Of a DNA stretch of 64,000 nucleotides, positions 18,653 through 26,270 are shown in pieces; within the stretch, counting starts at the first letter, position 1, and each line of letters opens with the position of its first letter. Made by a program: the position numbers and the translations under genes. The notes under the pieces are model-generated. The model saw nothing but the letters and a program-made list of their open reading frames with translations. It made no database searches and was not told the origin of the DNA. The DNA comes from Limisphaerales bacterium (GTDB lineage: Bacteria; Verrucomicrobiota; Verrucomicrobiia; Limisphaerales; UBA8199), in contig JBGALR010000003.1 of NCBI GenBank assembly GCA_044223735.1, positions 183,038 to 247,037 on the forward strand. The letters run 5' to 3'.

Positions 18653-20074
18653 GTGAAGAAAGCCAAGATCATCCTCATCGGCGCGGGGCCGACCGGCCTG
18701 GGCGCGGCGCGGCGGCTCGAAGAATTGAAGCAGCACGACTGGCTGCTGCTCGAAGCCGGCGAAACCGCGGGCGGGCTGGCCTCGTCCTTTGTCGACGGAC
18801 AAGGGTTCACATGGGACATCGGCGGACACGTCCAGTTTTCCCACTACGATTATTTTGACCGCGCGATGAAGGAGTTTCTCGGCGCGGACGGCTGGCTTTA
18901 TCACGAACGGGAATCCTGGGTATGGATGCGCGACCGCTTCATACCGTACCCGTTTCAGAACAACCTCCATCGCCTGCCAACCGCGGATTTGGATCGCTGC
19001 CTCGCCGGCCTCGTGGATATCACGCGGCAACAGCCGGGACGCCCCGCGAATTTCCGCGAGTGGATTTTGGGCACCTTCGGCAGCGGCATCGCCGACGTAT
19101 TTCTCCTGCCGTATAATTTCAAGGTCTGGGCCTATCCGCCGGAGCGGATGAGCAACGAGTGGGTGGGCGAACGCGTGGCGGTGACGGATCTCAAGCGCGT
19201 CCTGCACAATCTCGTCCATCGCAAGGATGACGTGAATTGGGGACCCAACAACAAATTTCAATTTCCCCTGCACGGCGGCACCGGCGCCATCTGGCGGGCG
19301 GCGGCCCAACGGCTGCCCCAGGAAAAACTTCGCTTCAATACCGTCGTCCGCGGGATCGATGTTAAAAAACGCACCCTCACCACCACGTCCGGCGAGGTCA
19401 TCGGTTACGACACGTTGATTCCCACGCTGCCGTTGCGCGAACTCATCCGCCTCTCGGGCGCGAAGCAATTTGAAGCGGCGGCCGAACGCGGCCTGTTGTA
19501 TTCCACGTCGCACATCTTTGGCATCGGCCTGCGTGGCGCGCCACCGGAACACCTGCGCACCAAATGCTGGATGTATTTTCCCGAGGACGACTGTCCGTTT
19601 TATCGCGTGACGGTCTTCAGCAATTACTCGCCGAACAACGTGCCGGACATCAAGCAGTACTGGTCGTTGATGGCGGAAGTCTCCGAGTCGCCTTGCAAGC
19701 CGGTCAATCAGGCAGGCCTGATGGAAGAAGTGATCCAGGGCATGCTCGCCACGAAACTCGTCGCGCAACGTTCGGACATCATTTCCACCTGGCAATATCG
19801 CGCGGGTTACGGATACCCCACGCCGGGGTTGGAACGCAACGCGGCGCTCGCGCAAATCCTGCCATATTTCGAGGGTCAGGGCGTTTATCCTCGCGGACGC
19901 TTCGGTCTCTGGAAATACGAGGTCAGTAATCAGGACCATTCCTTCATGCAAGGCGTGGAGATCGTCGAGCATCTGCTGAATGGCAACGCCGAAGTGACCG
20001 CGCAGAATGCCAACCTTGCCAACAGCAAACGGCACCCCTGGCCGTTTGAGGCATGGCAAAAGCCCGCAAGTTGA
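18653..20074 (+). CDS. glf: UDP-galactopyranose mutase, long (eukaryote-type) form
   Basis: GTG start. Motifs: 'IILIGAGPTGLGAARRL', 'ETAGGLAS', 'DIGGHVQFSHYDYFD', 'IPYPFQNN', 'LPYNFKVWAYP', 'NWGPNNKFQFPLHGGTGAIW', 'KCWMYFPEDDCPFYRVTVFSNYSP', 'GYPTPGLERN', 'RGRFGLWKYEVSNQDHSFMQGVE'. Confidence 0.8.
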   Translation: MKKAKIILIGAGPTGLGAARRLEELKQHDWLLLEAGETAGGLASSFVDGQGFTWDIGGHVQFSHYDYFDRAMKEFLGADGWLYHERESWVWMRDRFIPYPFQNNLHRLPTADLDRCLAGLVDITRQQPGRPANFREWILGTFGSGIADVFLLPYNFKVWAYPPERMSNEWVGERVAVTDLKRVLHNLVHRKDDVNWGPNNKFQFPLHGGTGAIWRAAAQRLPQEKLRFNTVVRGIDVKKRTLTTTSGEVIGYDTLIPTLPLRELIRLSGAKQFEAAAERGLLYSTSHIFGIGLRGAPPEHLRTKCWMYFPEDDCPFYRVTVFSNYSPNNVPDIKQYWSLMAEVSESPCKPVNQAGLMEEVIQGMLATKLVAQRSDIISTWQYRAGYGYPTPGLERNAALAQILPYFEGQGVYPRGRFGLWKYEVSNQDHSFMQGVEIVEHLLNGNAEVTAQNANLANSKRHPWPFEAWQKPAS

Positions 20075-20077
20075 GCG

Positions 20078-21025
20078 GTGATTCCGACCATGCCCTCACC
20101 TGAACAGAAGCCGAAAGTGGCGGCGGTCGTGGTCACCCGAAACCGCCTGGAGTTGCTCAAGCTGGCGGTTGCGGCCTTGCGCGTCCAGACGCGGCCGGCG
20201 GACGAAATCATCATCATCGACAATGCCAGCGACGACGGCACCGGCGCGTGGCTTGCGCAACAAAAGGATTTGGTGGTTGTGCCGCAGCCGAACCTCGGCG
20301 GCGCGGGTGGATTTAGCGAAGGCATCAAACGCGCGTATCAACGCGGCCACGACTGGCTCTGGTGCATGGACGACGATACGATTCCGAGTCCAACCGCACT
20401 CGAACGACTGCTCGCTTCACCCCTCGCAAACCGGGAAACCACAGGTTTTCTTTGCAGTGTCGCCCGTTGGAAAGATGGGAGCGTTCATCTGATGAACGCG
20501 CCGGACCTTGATCGCAAATACACCACGATGATGGAATTGCTGCCGCAAGGCGCGCTTAAGGTCCGCACCGGCTCGTTCGTCTCCATCATGCTGCATCGCC
20601 GCGCCGTGGCGGCCAGGGGACTGCCGTTGCGGGAGATGTTTTTGTGGTTCGATGACGCGGAATATTCCGCCCGCATCAGCAGTTCGTTCGATTGCTACCA
20701 GATTCTCGACAGCGTCGTGGAACATCGCACCGAGATCAATTCCGGTGTGGACTTCGACAACATGGGCAAGCTCGCCATCGGCAAGCTGCGCTACGGACTC
20801 CGCAATTTTATCTTCCTGCGCAAATGGCAGGCGCCCTCCGCCACCGTCGGTTTGGCGCGGGCCGTAAAATCCGCCGTAAAGATGCAACTGCGGGCCCGGC
20901 GCCAGTTCTCTCTTCCGGATCAGTTTCAGGTCGCCAAGGCCATTTGGAGCGGCGTTTTCTTCAACGCCCGCATCGAGTATCCGGATGGCGCTGGCGGGAA
21001 CCAAACCGCTTCAGTTTCCCGCTGA
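20078..21025 (+). CDS. Glycosyltransferase family 2 (candidate galactofuranosyltransferase)
   Basis: 'AAVVVTRNRLELLKLAVAALRVQTRPADEIIIIDNASDDGT' and 'WLWCMDDDTIP'. Starts 4 nt after the mutase stop. Confidence 0.75.
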   Translation: MIPTMPSPEQKPKVAAVVVTRNRLELLKLAVAALRVQTRPADEIIIIDNASDDGTGAWLAQQKDLVVVPQPNLGGAGGFSEGIKRAYQRGHDWLWCMDDDTIPSPTALERLLASPLANRETTGFLCSVARWKDGSVHLMNAPDLDRKYTTMMELLPQGALKVRTGSFVSIMLHRRAVAARGLPLREMFLWFDDAEYSARISSSFDCYQILDSVVEHRTEINSGVDFDNMGKLAIGKLRYGLRNFIFLRKWQAPSATVGLARAVKSAVKMQLRARRQFSLPDQFQVAKAIWSGVFFNARIEYPDGAGGNQTASVSR

Positions 21026-21289
21026 CACTTTTCCCCGGGTTTGTTTTGTAATCTCCCGAAATTAAGATGCTTTCGGCGTACCCAATTCTCCCCCAAGGGT
21101 TGGAGACATTGAAAATGCTCGGGCGGTTATGAGTCATGCTTGGTTGAATGCGGATGCGATGACCTGTGCCCAAACGACGTCGGCGCGCTTGGCCCCCTCG
21201 CTTCCGCGAAGCGGAGGAGAGGAACAATTTGGTCACACCCAAGTCATAAACGCCCCACGCGGTCGAGGGCAACTGTCTTTCAATTTTAA

Positions 21290-21339
21290 AAGCCCCTCTC
21301 TCCGTGCTCTCTCCCCGCGACGTCGCGGGGAGAGAGGGT
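21290..21339. repeat. 50-bp palindromic element, copy A
   Basis: AAGCCCCTCTCTCCGTGCTCTCTCCCCGCGACGTCGCGGGGAGAGAGGGT contains the perfect 26-bp palindrome CTCTCCCCGCGACGTCGCGGGGAGAG. Near-identical copies lie at 24013-24062 and 24684-24733. Confidence 0.85.
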
Positions 21340-21461
21340 TCTGCCGCCATGACATCCTCGGCGATTCCATGCTGCGCGGTGTGTGGCGTGTTTAGGCAGG
21401 GTGCCCTCAATATCAGACTTTAAGAACCATTTCAGAATACACCGCTGGAAACTGTGCCAGA

Positions 21462-21496
21462 AATTGCCTTGAACCAAGGGCAATTCTTGTTAGTAT
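21462..21496 (+). promoter_or_regulatory. Candidate promoter with overlapping dyad operator upstream of the secreted-protein gene
   Basis: Dyad AATTGCCTTG-AAC-CAAGGGCAATT at 21462-21485. TTGAAC at 21469-74, a 16-nt spacer, then TAGTAT at 21491-96. Confidence 0.3.
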
Positions 21497-21578
21497 GCAC
21501 TCCGATTCAGAACGGCTGTAGTGGGTCATGATAAAAAATTTCTTGTCTGAAGGAGATAAGTCGGTTCGGCACTCCAGA

Positions 21579-23072
21579 ATGCAACGGCTGATTGTGATAA
21601 TCAGTCTGGCGCTAATTTTTTTCACCAACCGCGCCGGGGCATTTTCGCTGCTCGGCCCCTGCGATGATTGGATGGATGTGCAAAAAGGATTCAATCTGCC
21701 GGGCGACATCGGCGGCCCCATGAATATCGGCGAAGGCTATCGCTGGAATATACCGGTTGTCACCTATGGCTTCGACCATTCATTCCTCAATTACTTCGGC
21801 TCCAATGGCGTGGCCGCCGTGGAATCCGCCATTGCGTTACTGAATGCCTTGCCTCCCGCGTCTTCGATTAATTTGTCAGATTATTCGCCATCCGCATTGC
21901 GTACTCACGCCAGTGCGCAAGCGAGCCATCTCCTGGACCTGAAATCGATGAGCCTGTTCTTGCTGTTGGAACAAATGGGACTGACGGATCCGGTGCGTTA
22001 CGCTTTCTGTCTCCGGGACTTTGCCCAACAGCCAAATTCCACAAATTATATATTCAATGTCATCGAACGGAATTTCGATCCGGTAAATGCCCAATCTTCG
22101 CATTTCATTAATGGGAATTTTTTTACTTATTTCCTCAGGCAATCTTCTTGGACTCCGATGTCCAATGCCATATTTTGCCAACCCCAACCCCTCTCGGTCG
22201 ATCCCAACGCCCTTGACCGTTACCCTGTGGCTACTACGTATTGGATGGATAACGGAAAATATTTTATGAATTTGACGCCGGACGACGTCGGCGGTTTGAG
22301 ATATCTGCTCAGTGGGAACCAGGTACGATTCGAACATCTCCTGCCGGACGTTCACGCGCGAGGAACCAATCAACTGAACCTCATCTCGGGCGCCTACCGA
22401 CCCGGGATTGAAAAGGTTAGGTTCGTGCGGCACCCTTTCGGCTCCCTCACCGGCCAATTCGGAACTTTTACCAATCAATGGACCGATATTTTTTACGATT
22501 GGGACGGCGTATATTACCAGAACGTCGAACGGATCACGGCACGTCCGGACATTATTTTCAGTGCTGATGATTTGCTTCTCAGTTCGGTCACCAGAACGGG
22601 CACGACTAATTGGAAAAACAACGCTGCGGAAAATGACAATCCCGGCGGCGTTGGACCCGGTGTTATTCGTCCGCCCATGACACTTACCTTCATTACCGGG
22701 GCTCCACTACTGCGGAACGTTTACAGTCCGCTGTTTATCAACGACGGAATGTCTGAACTGGCCGGTACTGTGTCTTTTATTTGGGGCAGCTTCGACAATT
22801 CCACCAATGCCCCCATTACCTATCCCCAGGCACAAATCCCCTTCTCCAATAGTCAGGTGCGATTCCGACTTTCCGTCGGCGGAAGCACTAACACCCTGGC
22901 ATGGTCGCTGTCCGGCGCCGCCAATGGCCGCTTCCAATTCCAGACTTCGACGAACATGATCGATTGGGCCACCCTCGCACAAATGACGAACTCCGGTGCG
23001 CTCTTTAACTACCAATATCAAGGCTCAGAGAGCGAACCGAAGCGATTCTTCCGCACGGTGCGATTGCCTTGA
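21579..23072 (+). CDS. Secreted hypothetical protein
   Basis: Start chosen at ATG 21579 ('MQRLIVIISLALIFFTNRAGAFS', a signal peptide). No catalytic motif recognised. Flanked by repeats and a tRNA. Confidence 0.6.
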   Translation: MQRLIVIISLALIFFTNRAGAFSLLGPCDDWMDVQKGFNLPGDIGGPMNIGEGYRWNIPVVTYGFDHSFLNYFGSNGVAAVESAIALLNALPPASSINLSDYSPSALRTHASAQASHLLDLKSMSLFLLLEQMGLTDPVRYAFCLRDFAQQPNSTNYIFNVIERNFDPVNAQSSHFINGNFFTYFLRQSSWTPMSNAIFCQPQPLSVDPNALDRYPVATTYWMDNGKYFMNLTPDDVGGLRYLLSGNQVRFEHLLPDVHARGTNQLNLISGAYRPGIEKVRFVRHPFGSLTGQFGTFTNQWTDIFYDWDGVYYQNVERITARPDIIFSADDLLLSSVTRTGTTNWKNNAAENDNPGGVGPGVIRPPMTLTFITGAPLLRNVYSPLFINDGMSELAGTVSFIWGSFDNSTNAPITYPQAQIPFSNSQVRFRLSVGGSTNTLAWSLSGAANGRFQFQTSTNMIDWATLAQMTNSGALFNYQYQGSESEPKRFFRTVRLP

Positions 23073-23285
23073 GGCGGGATGCGGACATTAATTTCCGCGC
23101 TCCTATTCGTTGCCAGGCGGATCGAACGGTTAATGCCGTCGAATCACTTTCCTGAATTCCTGCCTTCCTCAGAGGACCATTACCCACACTCGGCCGACCC
23201 GCGATGCCGACCCCGGGCGTTAAATCCCCCCAGGTCGTTTGCGCTTGCTCGGGCGGTGGTTTCGCGCATAGTACGCGTGGTTTAA

Positions 23286-23361
23286 GGGCGCTTGGCGCAG
23301 CGGTTAGCGCGTCTCGTTTACACCGAGTAGGTCGGGGGTTCGAATCCCTCAGCGCCCACCA
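23286..23361 (+). tRNA. tRNA-Val (anticodon TAC)
   Basis: 76 nt. Acceptor GGGCGCT/AGCGCCC, D-arm GCGC/GCGC, anticodon loop UUUACAC, variable loop AGGTC, T-arm GGGGG-TTCGAAT-CCCTC, encoded CCA. One U:U mismatch sits at the top of the anticodon stem. Confidence 0.9.
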
Positions 23362-23750
23362 TTTTCCACCGGCTTTTTCCAGATCGGCGCGACGCGTTTC
23401 ATTTCGTCGATGAGCCAGCGGCAGGCGTCGAACGCTTCCGCGCGGTGCGGCGACACGATTTCCACCCAGAGGGATGCCTCGTTCACGTTCACCCGTCCCA
23501 CGCGGTGGACGAGCCGGACGGATTCGACGGGCCAGCGTTTTTCGAGCTGGTCGAACAGCAGGCCGAATTGGTGCTCGGCCATTTTCTGGAACACTTCGTA
23601 GTCCAGCGCGGCAATGGCGGCGTCGCCTTCGGTGCCGCGGACGAGTCCCAGGAAATGGACGACCGCGCCCATGCCGTGCGACGCGGAGCGGGCCGCGATG
23701 AGCGCCGCTTCGTCAATCGGCTCGCGGGTAATGACGAGGTGTCGTTGCAT
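23349..23750 (-). CDS. moaE: Molybdopterin synthase catalytic subunit MoaE
   Basis: 'GAVVHFLGLVRG...ALDYEVFQKMAE...VRLVHRVGRVNVNEASLWVEIVSPHRAEAFDACRWLIDEMKRVAPIWKK'. Confidence 0.85.
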   Translation of the reverse strand: MQRHLVITREPIDEAALIAARSASHGMGAVVHFLGLVRGTEGDAAIAALDYEVFQKMAEHQFGLLFDQLEKRWPVESVRLVHRVGRVNVNEASLWVEIVSPHRAEAFDACRWLIDEMKRVAPIWKKPVENGGR

Positions 23751-23809
23751 GGAAATCGGTGGGTATGGTGATGGAGGTGCGCGGAGGCGTCAATTGTTCA
23801 GAGGAGATC

Positions 23810-24118
23810 GGAAATGGGCGCGCATTCTGACGGAGAACCTCGACGAGGTTCCGTCCTCCAGCCCAGGATTGCGAGCTCGCGAGCTATCCTGGGTGGCGAT
23901 TCTAAAATCTTCATCAACCCGGAACGGGTTGTGCCCGAAGCTGCCGACGTAGGGAATACAACCAAGGTTGATCTTCGTTCGCATTCGATGCCAAGGTTAT
24001 TTCGATGGGTGGAAGCCCCTCTCTCCGTGCTCTCTCCCCGCGGCGTCGCGGGGAGAGAGGGTTTGGCGCGCAGGCGTGGGTGAGATGATTTGCCGTCGAG
24101 AGCGGATTGTGAATTTTT
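23810..24118. repeat. Composite structured repeat, full copy (185-bp left arm + 50-bp palindromic core + ~55-bp right arm)
   Basis: Left-arm hairpins at 23829-23855, 23862-23893 and 23916-23930. Core at 24013-24062. The right arm ends in GCCGTCGAGAGC. Confidence 0.8.
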
Positions 24119-24140
24119 TCGTTAATTTGTTCGGGAAATT

Positions 24141-24326
24141 GGAAATGGGCGCGCATTCTGACGGAGAACCTCAACGAGGTTCCAGCATACAGCCCAGGAT
24201 TGCGAGCTCGCGAGCTATCCTGGGTGGCGATTCCAAAATTTTCATCAACCCGGGACGGGTTGTGCCCGAAGCTGCCGACGTAGGGAATACAACCAAGGTT
24301 GAACTTCGTTTGTGCTCGATGCCAAA
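24141..24326. repeat. Composite structured repeat, copy 2 (left arm only), 331 bp downstream of copy 1
   Basis: Aligns base-for-base with 23810-23995 with a few substitutions (roughly 9 in 10 identical by eye). Confidence 0.8.
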
Positions 24327-24586
24327 TATGTAGAAAACTCTCGTTCAGGGTGGATTTCCCAACTGGTGCGCCTCAAACGATAATTCTTTGAGGTGTTTTT
24401 GAAATGAGGATGAATAAAGCTCGCCCTCACCCCGGCCCTCGTCCCCCAGGCGAGGGTGACGCTGTCGGTTGCGCTTGTTTTTTTGAAAACGCACCGCGTA
24501 TTCCTGCAAAAGGTTAGTTCCTCGCATAGAAATCGATTTTGAAGTTTGAGCGGATGTGCTGCTGTGGGCAAAAGGCCTTGTGGTCC

Positions 24587-24788
24587 GGCGGAGAATCTCG
24601 ACGAGATTCCGTCCTTCAGGGGACGGGTTGTGGCCGAAGCTGTGTTCGTTCGCATTCAAGGCCAAAGTTGTTTCCATGGGTAGAAGCCCCTCTCTCCGTG
24701 CTCTCTCCCCGCGGCGTCGCGGGGCGAGAGGGTGCGCGCGCTGGCGTGAGTGGGGTGATTCGCCGTCGAGAGCCAATTTTAAATTTTG
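24587..24788. repeat. Composite structured repeat, copy 3 (left arm with two internal deletions + core + right arm)
   Basis: GGCGGAGAATCTCGACGAGATTCCGTCC...GGGACGGGTTGTGGCCGAAGCTG...GTTCGCATTCAAGGCCAAAG, then the core at 24684-24733, then GATTCGCCGTCGAGAGC. Confidence 0.7.
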
Positions 24789-24843
24789 GCTGGGGACAAT
24801 TTTGATGGATGAACTGGAGGTGCCGGGTTTTTGGACTGGATTC

Positions 24844-24920
24844 GGGCGGTCACGGAGACCGCCGAGGGATCACTTTTTTCTTGCGGCGCCCTCGGAGAGG
24901 CCGCCCTACCATCCTTCCAC
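24844..24920. repeat. Second repeat family, copy 1
   Basis: GGGCGGTCACGGAGACCGCCGAGGGATCACTTTTTTCTTGCGG...GAGAGGCCGCCCTACCATCCTTCCAC. Contains the hairpin GGCGGTC-ACGGA-GACCGCC. Confidence 0.75.
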
Positions 24921-25108
24921 TTGCTGGCTTTCCGTCAAAATTCTCGGCTCGATATACCTGGCGCGGTTATCAAACTTGATCCATGGTCCGGGGAAGAGGA
25001 ACCGGGAAGCCCGCCCTCTTCTTTGACGGTGCTCTTTCACCCTGCCTGCGAACCTTCCGAGCTGCGCGCTCTGAATGCGCTGGCGGGATCTTCCGATAAA
25101 GAATATTT

Positions 25109-25191
25109 GGGCGGTCACGGAGACCGCCGAGGTATCAATTTTTTCTTGCGGTCCCGCATGCGGGAGAGAGGCCGCCCTACCATCATTCCAC
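25109..25191. repeat. Second repeat family, copy 2
   Basis: GGGCGGTCACGGAGACCGCCGAGGTATCAATTTTTTCTTGCGG...GAGAGGCCGCCCTACCATCATTCCAC. Same orientation as copy 1, 265 bp downstream. Confidence 0.75.
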
Positions 25192-25252
25192 CTCCGAAAC
25201 TAAAAATTCTTCTCTGTGCCTCCGTGTCTCTGTGGTGAAAAATTCCGCTCTC

Positions 25253-25498
25253 TCATCCCCCCTGCACGGGCGGGAAAAGGGACACCTCCTCGCCTTCCTT
25301 CAGCACATAATCGGCGGTCTGGTAATCGACATCCACGGCCATGAGCATCGAGCGTCGCAGGGCGGCTAATTTGGGAAACTTAAGCATCACTTTTTCGACG
25401 AGGTCGCCGAGGGTGGCGCCGGCGGGGATGGTTTCCTGGTATCGGGCGCAGCCGGTCTGGTCTTTGAACCAGGAATAGAAGGTCACGGTCACGCGCAT
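25253..25498 (-). CDS. moaD: MoaD/ThiS-family sulfur-carrier protein
   Basis: 81 aa ending in '...VSLFPPVQGG', the C-terminal Gly-Gly. The length fits a beta-grasp protein. Confidence 0.8.
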   Translation of the reverse strand: MRVTVTFYSWFKDQTGCARYQETIPAGATLGDLVEKVMLKFPKLAALRRSMLMAVDVDYQTADYVLKEGEEVSLFPPVQGG

Positions 25499-25518
25499 GG
25501 CGGAGCAGAGCGGATGGC

Positions 25519-26196
25519 TCAGGCTTGGCCGCGCGTCGGCTTTTTGGCGGCCTTGGAGCTCTTGGAACCGGCGGCTTTCTTGGGCGCGATGACTTGCTGG
25601 CAGGCTTGTTTGTAAACGTGCGGGTGGAGCACGCCGACGAAGGGGAGGTTGCGATAGCGTTCGGCGAAATCGAGGCCGTAGCCGACGACGAAGAAATCCG
25701 GGATCTCGAAACCGACGTAGTCGGCGATGACGTCGTCGGTGCGACGGGCGGCTTTGTTGAGCAGGACGCAGGTCTTGATGCGGCGCGGTTTGAGGGCGCG
25801 AAGTTTGTCGAGGACGCGATAAAGGGTTTTGCCGGTGTCGAGGATGTCGTCCACGAGGAGGACGTCGCGGCCGCGGACGTCGAGGCGGAGTTCCTTGGTG
25901 AAGACGAGGTCGCCGGATTCGGTGCCGGCGCCGTAGCTGGAGACGCCGATGAAATCCAGGCGCAGGGGCAGGGAGAGGTTGCGGATGAGGTCGGCGAGGA
26001 ACATCACGGTGCCGTTCAGCAGGGAGACGACGACCATCTCGTGGCCGGTGAAGTCGCGGACGATATCGCGCGACATGACGCGGATGCGGTTGGCGATCTG
26101 GGTCTCGGTGATGAGGATGCGCTCCACCTCGCTGCGCCAGCGCGGGGGCACGCTTGCCCGGGTGCGAAGTGCGAGGCCTGGCGGGTGGGGTTTCAT
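25519..26196 (-). CDS. hpt: Hypoxanthine(-guanine) phosphoribosyltransferase with lysine-rich C-terminal tail
   Basis: 'VVVSLLNGTVMFLADL' and 'DVLLVDDILDTGKTL' (the PRPP loop). The tail reads 'APKKAAGSKSSKAAKKPTRGQA'. Confidence 0.9.
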   Translation of the reverse strand: MKPHPPGLALRTRASVPPRWRSEVERILITETQIANRIRVMSRDIVRDFTGHEMVVVSLLNGTVMFLADLIRNLSLPLRLDFIGVSSYGAGTESGDLVFTKELRLDVRGRDVLLVDDILDTGKTLYRVLDKLRALKPRRIKTCVLLNKAARRTDDVIADYVGFEIPDFFVVGYGLDFAERYRNLPFVGVLHPHVYKQACQQVIAPKKAAGSKSSKAAKKPTRGQA

Positions 26197-26270
26197 GTGC
26201 GGGAAATTCTAAAGGGTAATTGGCGGTTGCCGAGAATTTTCTTCGCGCGGGGTGAAAGCAGGGCGGCGGG

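Noticed and set aside
18563-20059. 498-aa ORF antisense to the UDP-galactopyranose mutase gene
   Set aside because: Same reasoning. The mutase frame carries many family-specific motifs, and the antisense frame carries none.
21579-23072. Secreted protein as a matrixin/serralysin-like metalloprotease ('YRWNIPVVTYGFD...AVESAIALLNAL' resembles the start of M10 catalytic domains)
   Set aside because: No HExxH or other zinc-binding motif occurs anywhere in the 497 aa.
23810-24326. CRISPR array?
   Set aside because: The repeat period is 331 bp with ~185-bp repeats, only 2-3 copies are present, and no cas genes are nearby. This does not fit CRISPR geometry.
23790-25238. Short ORFs inside the moaE-moaD spacer (e.g. 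23814..24083, 23968..24333, 24245..24655, 24556..25026, 24831..25238)
   Set aside because: They are built from the repeat units, overlap one another in several frames and on both strands, and have Arg/Pro/Gly/Ser-rich translations. I treat them as non-coding.
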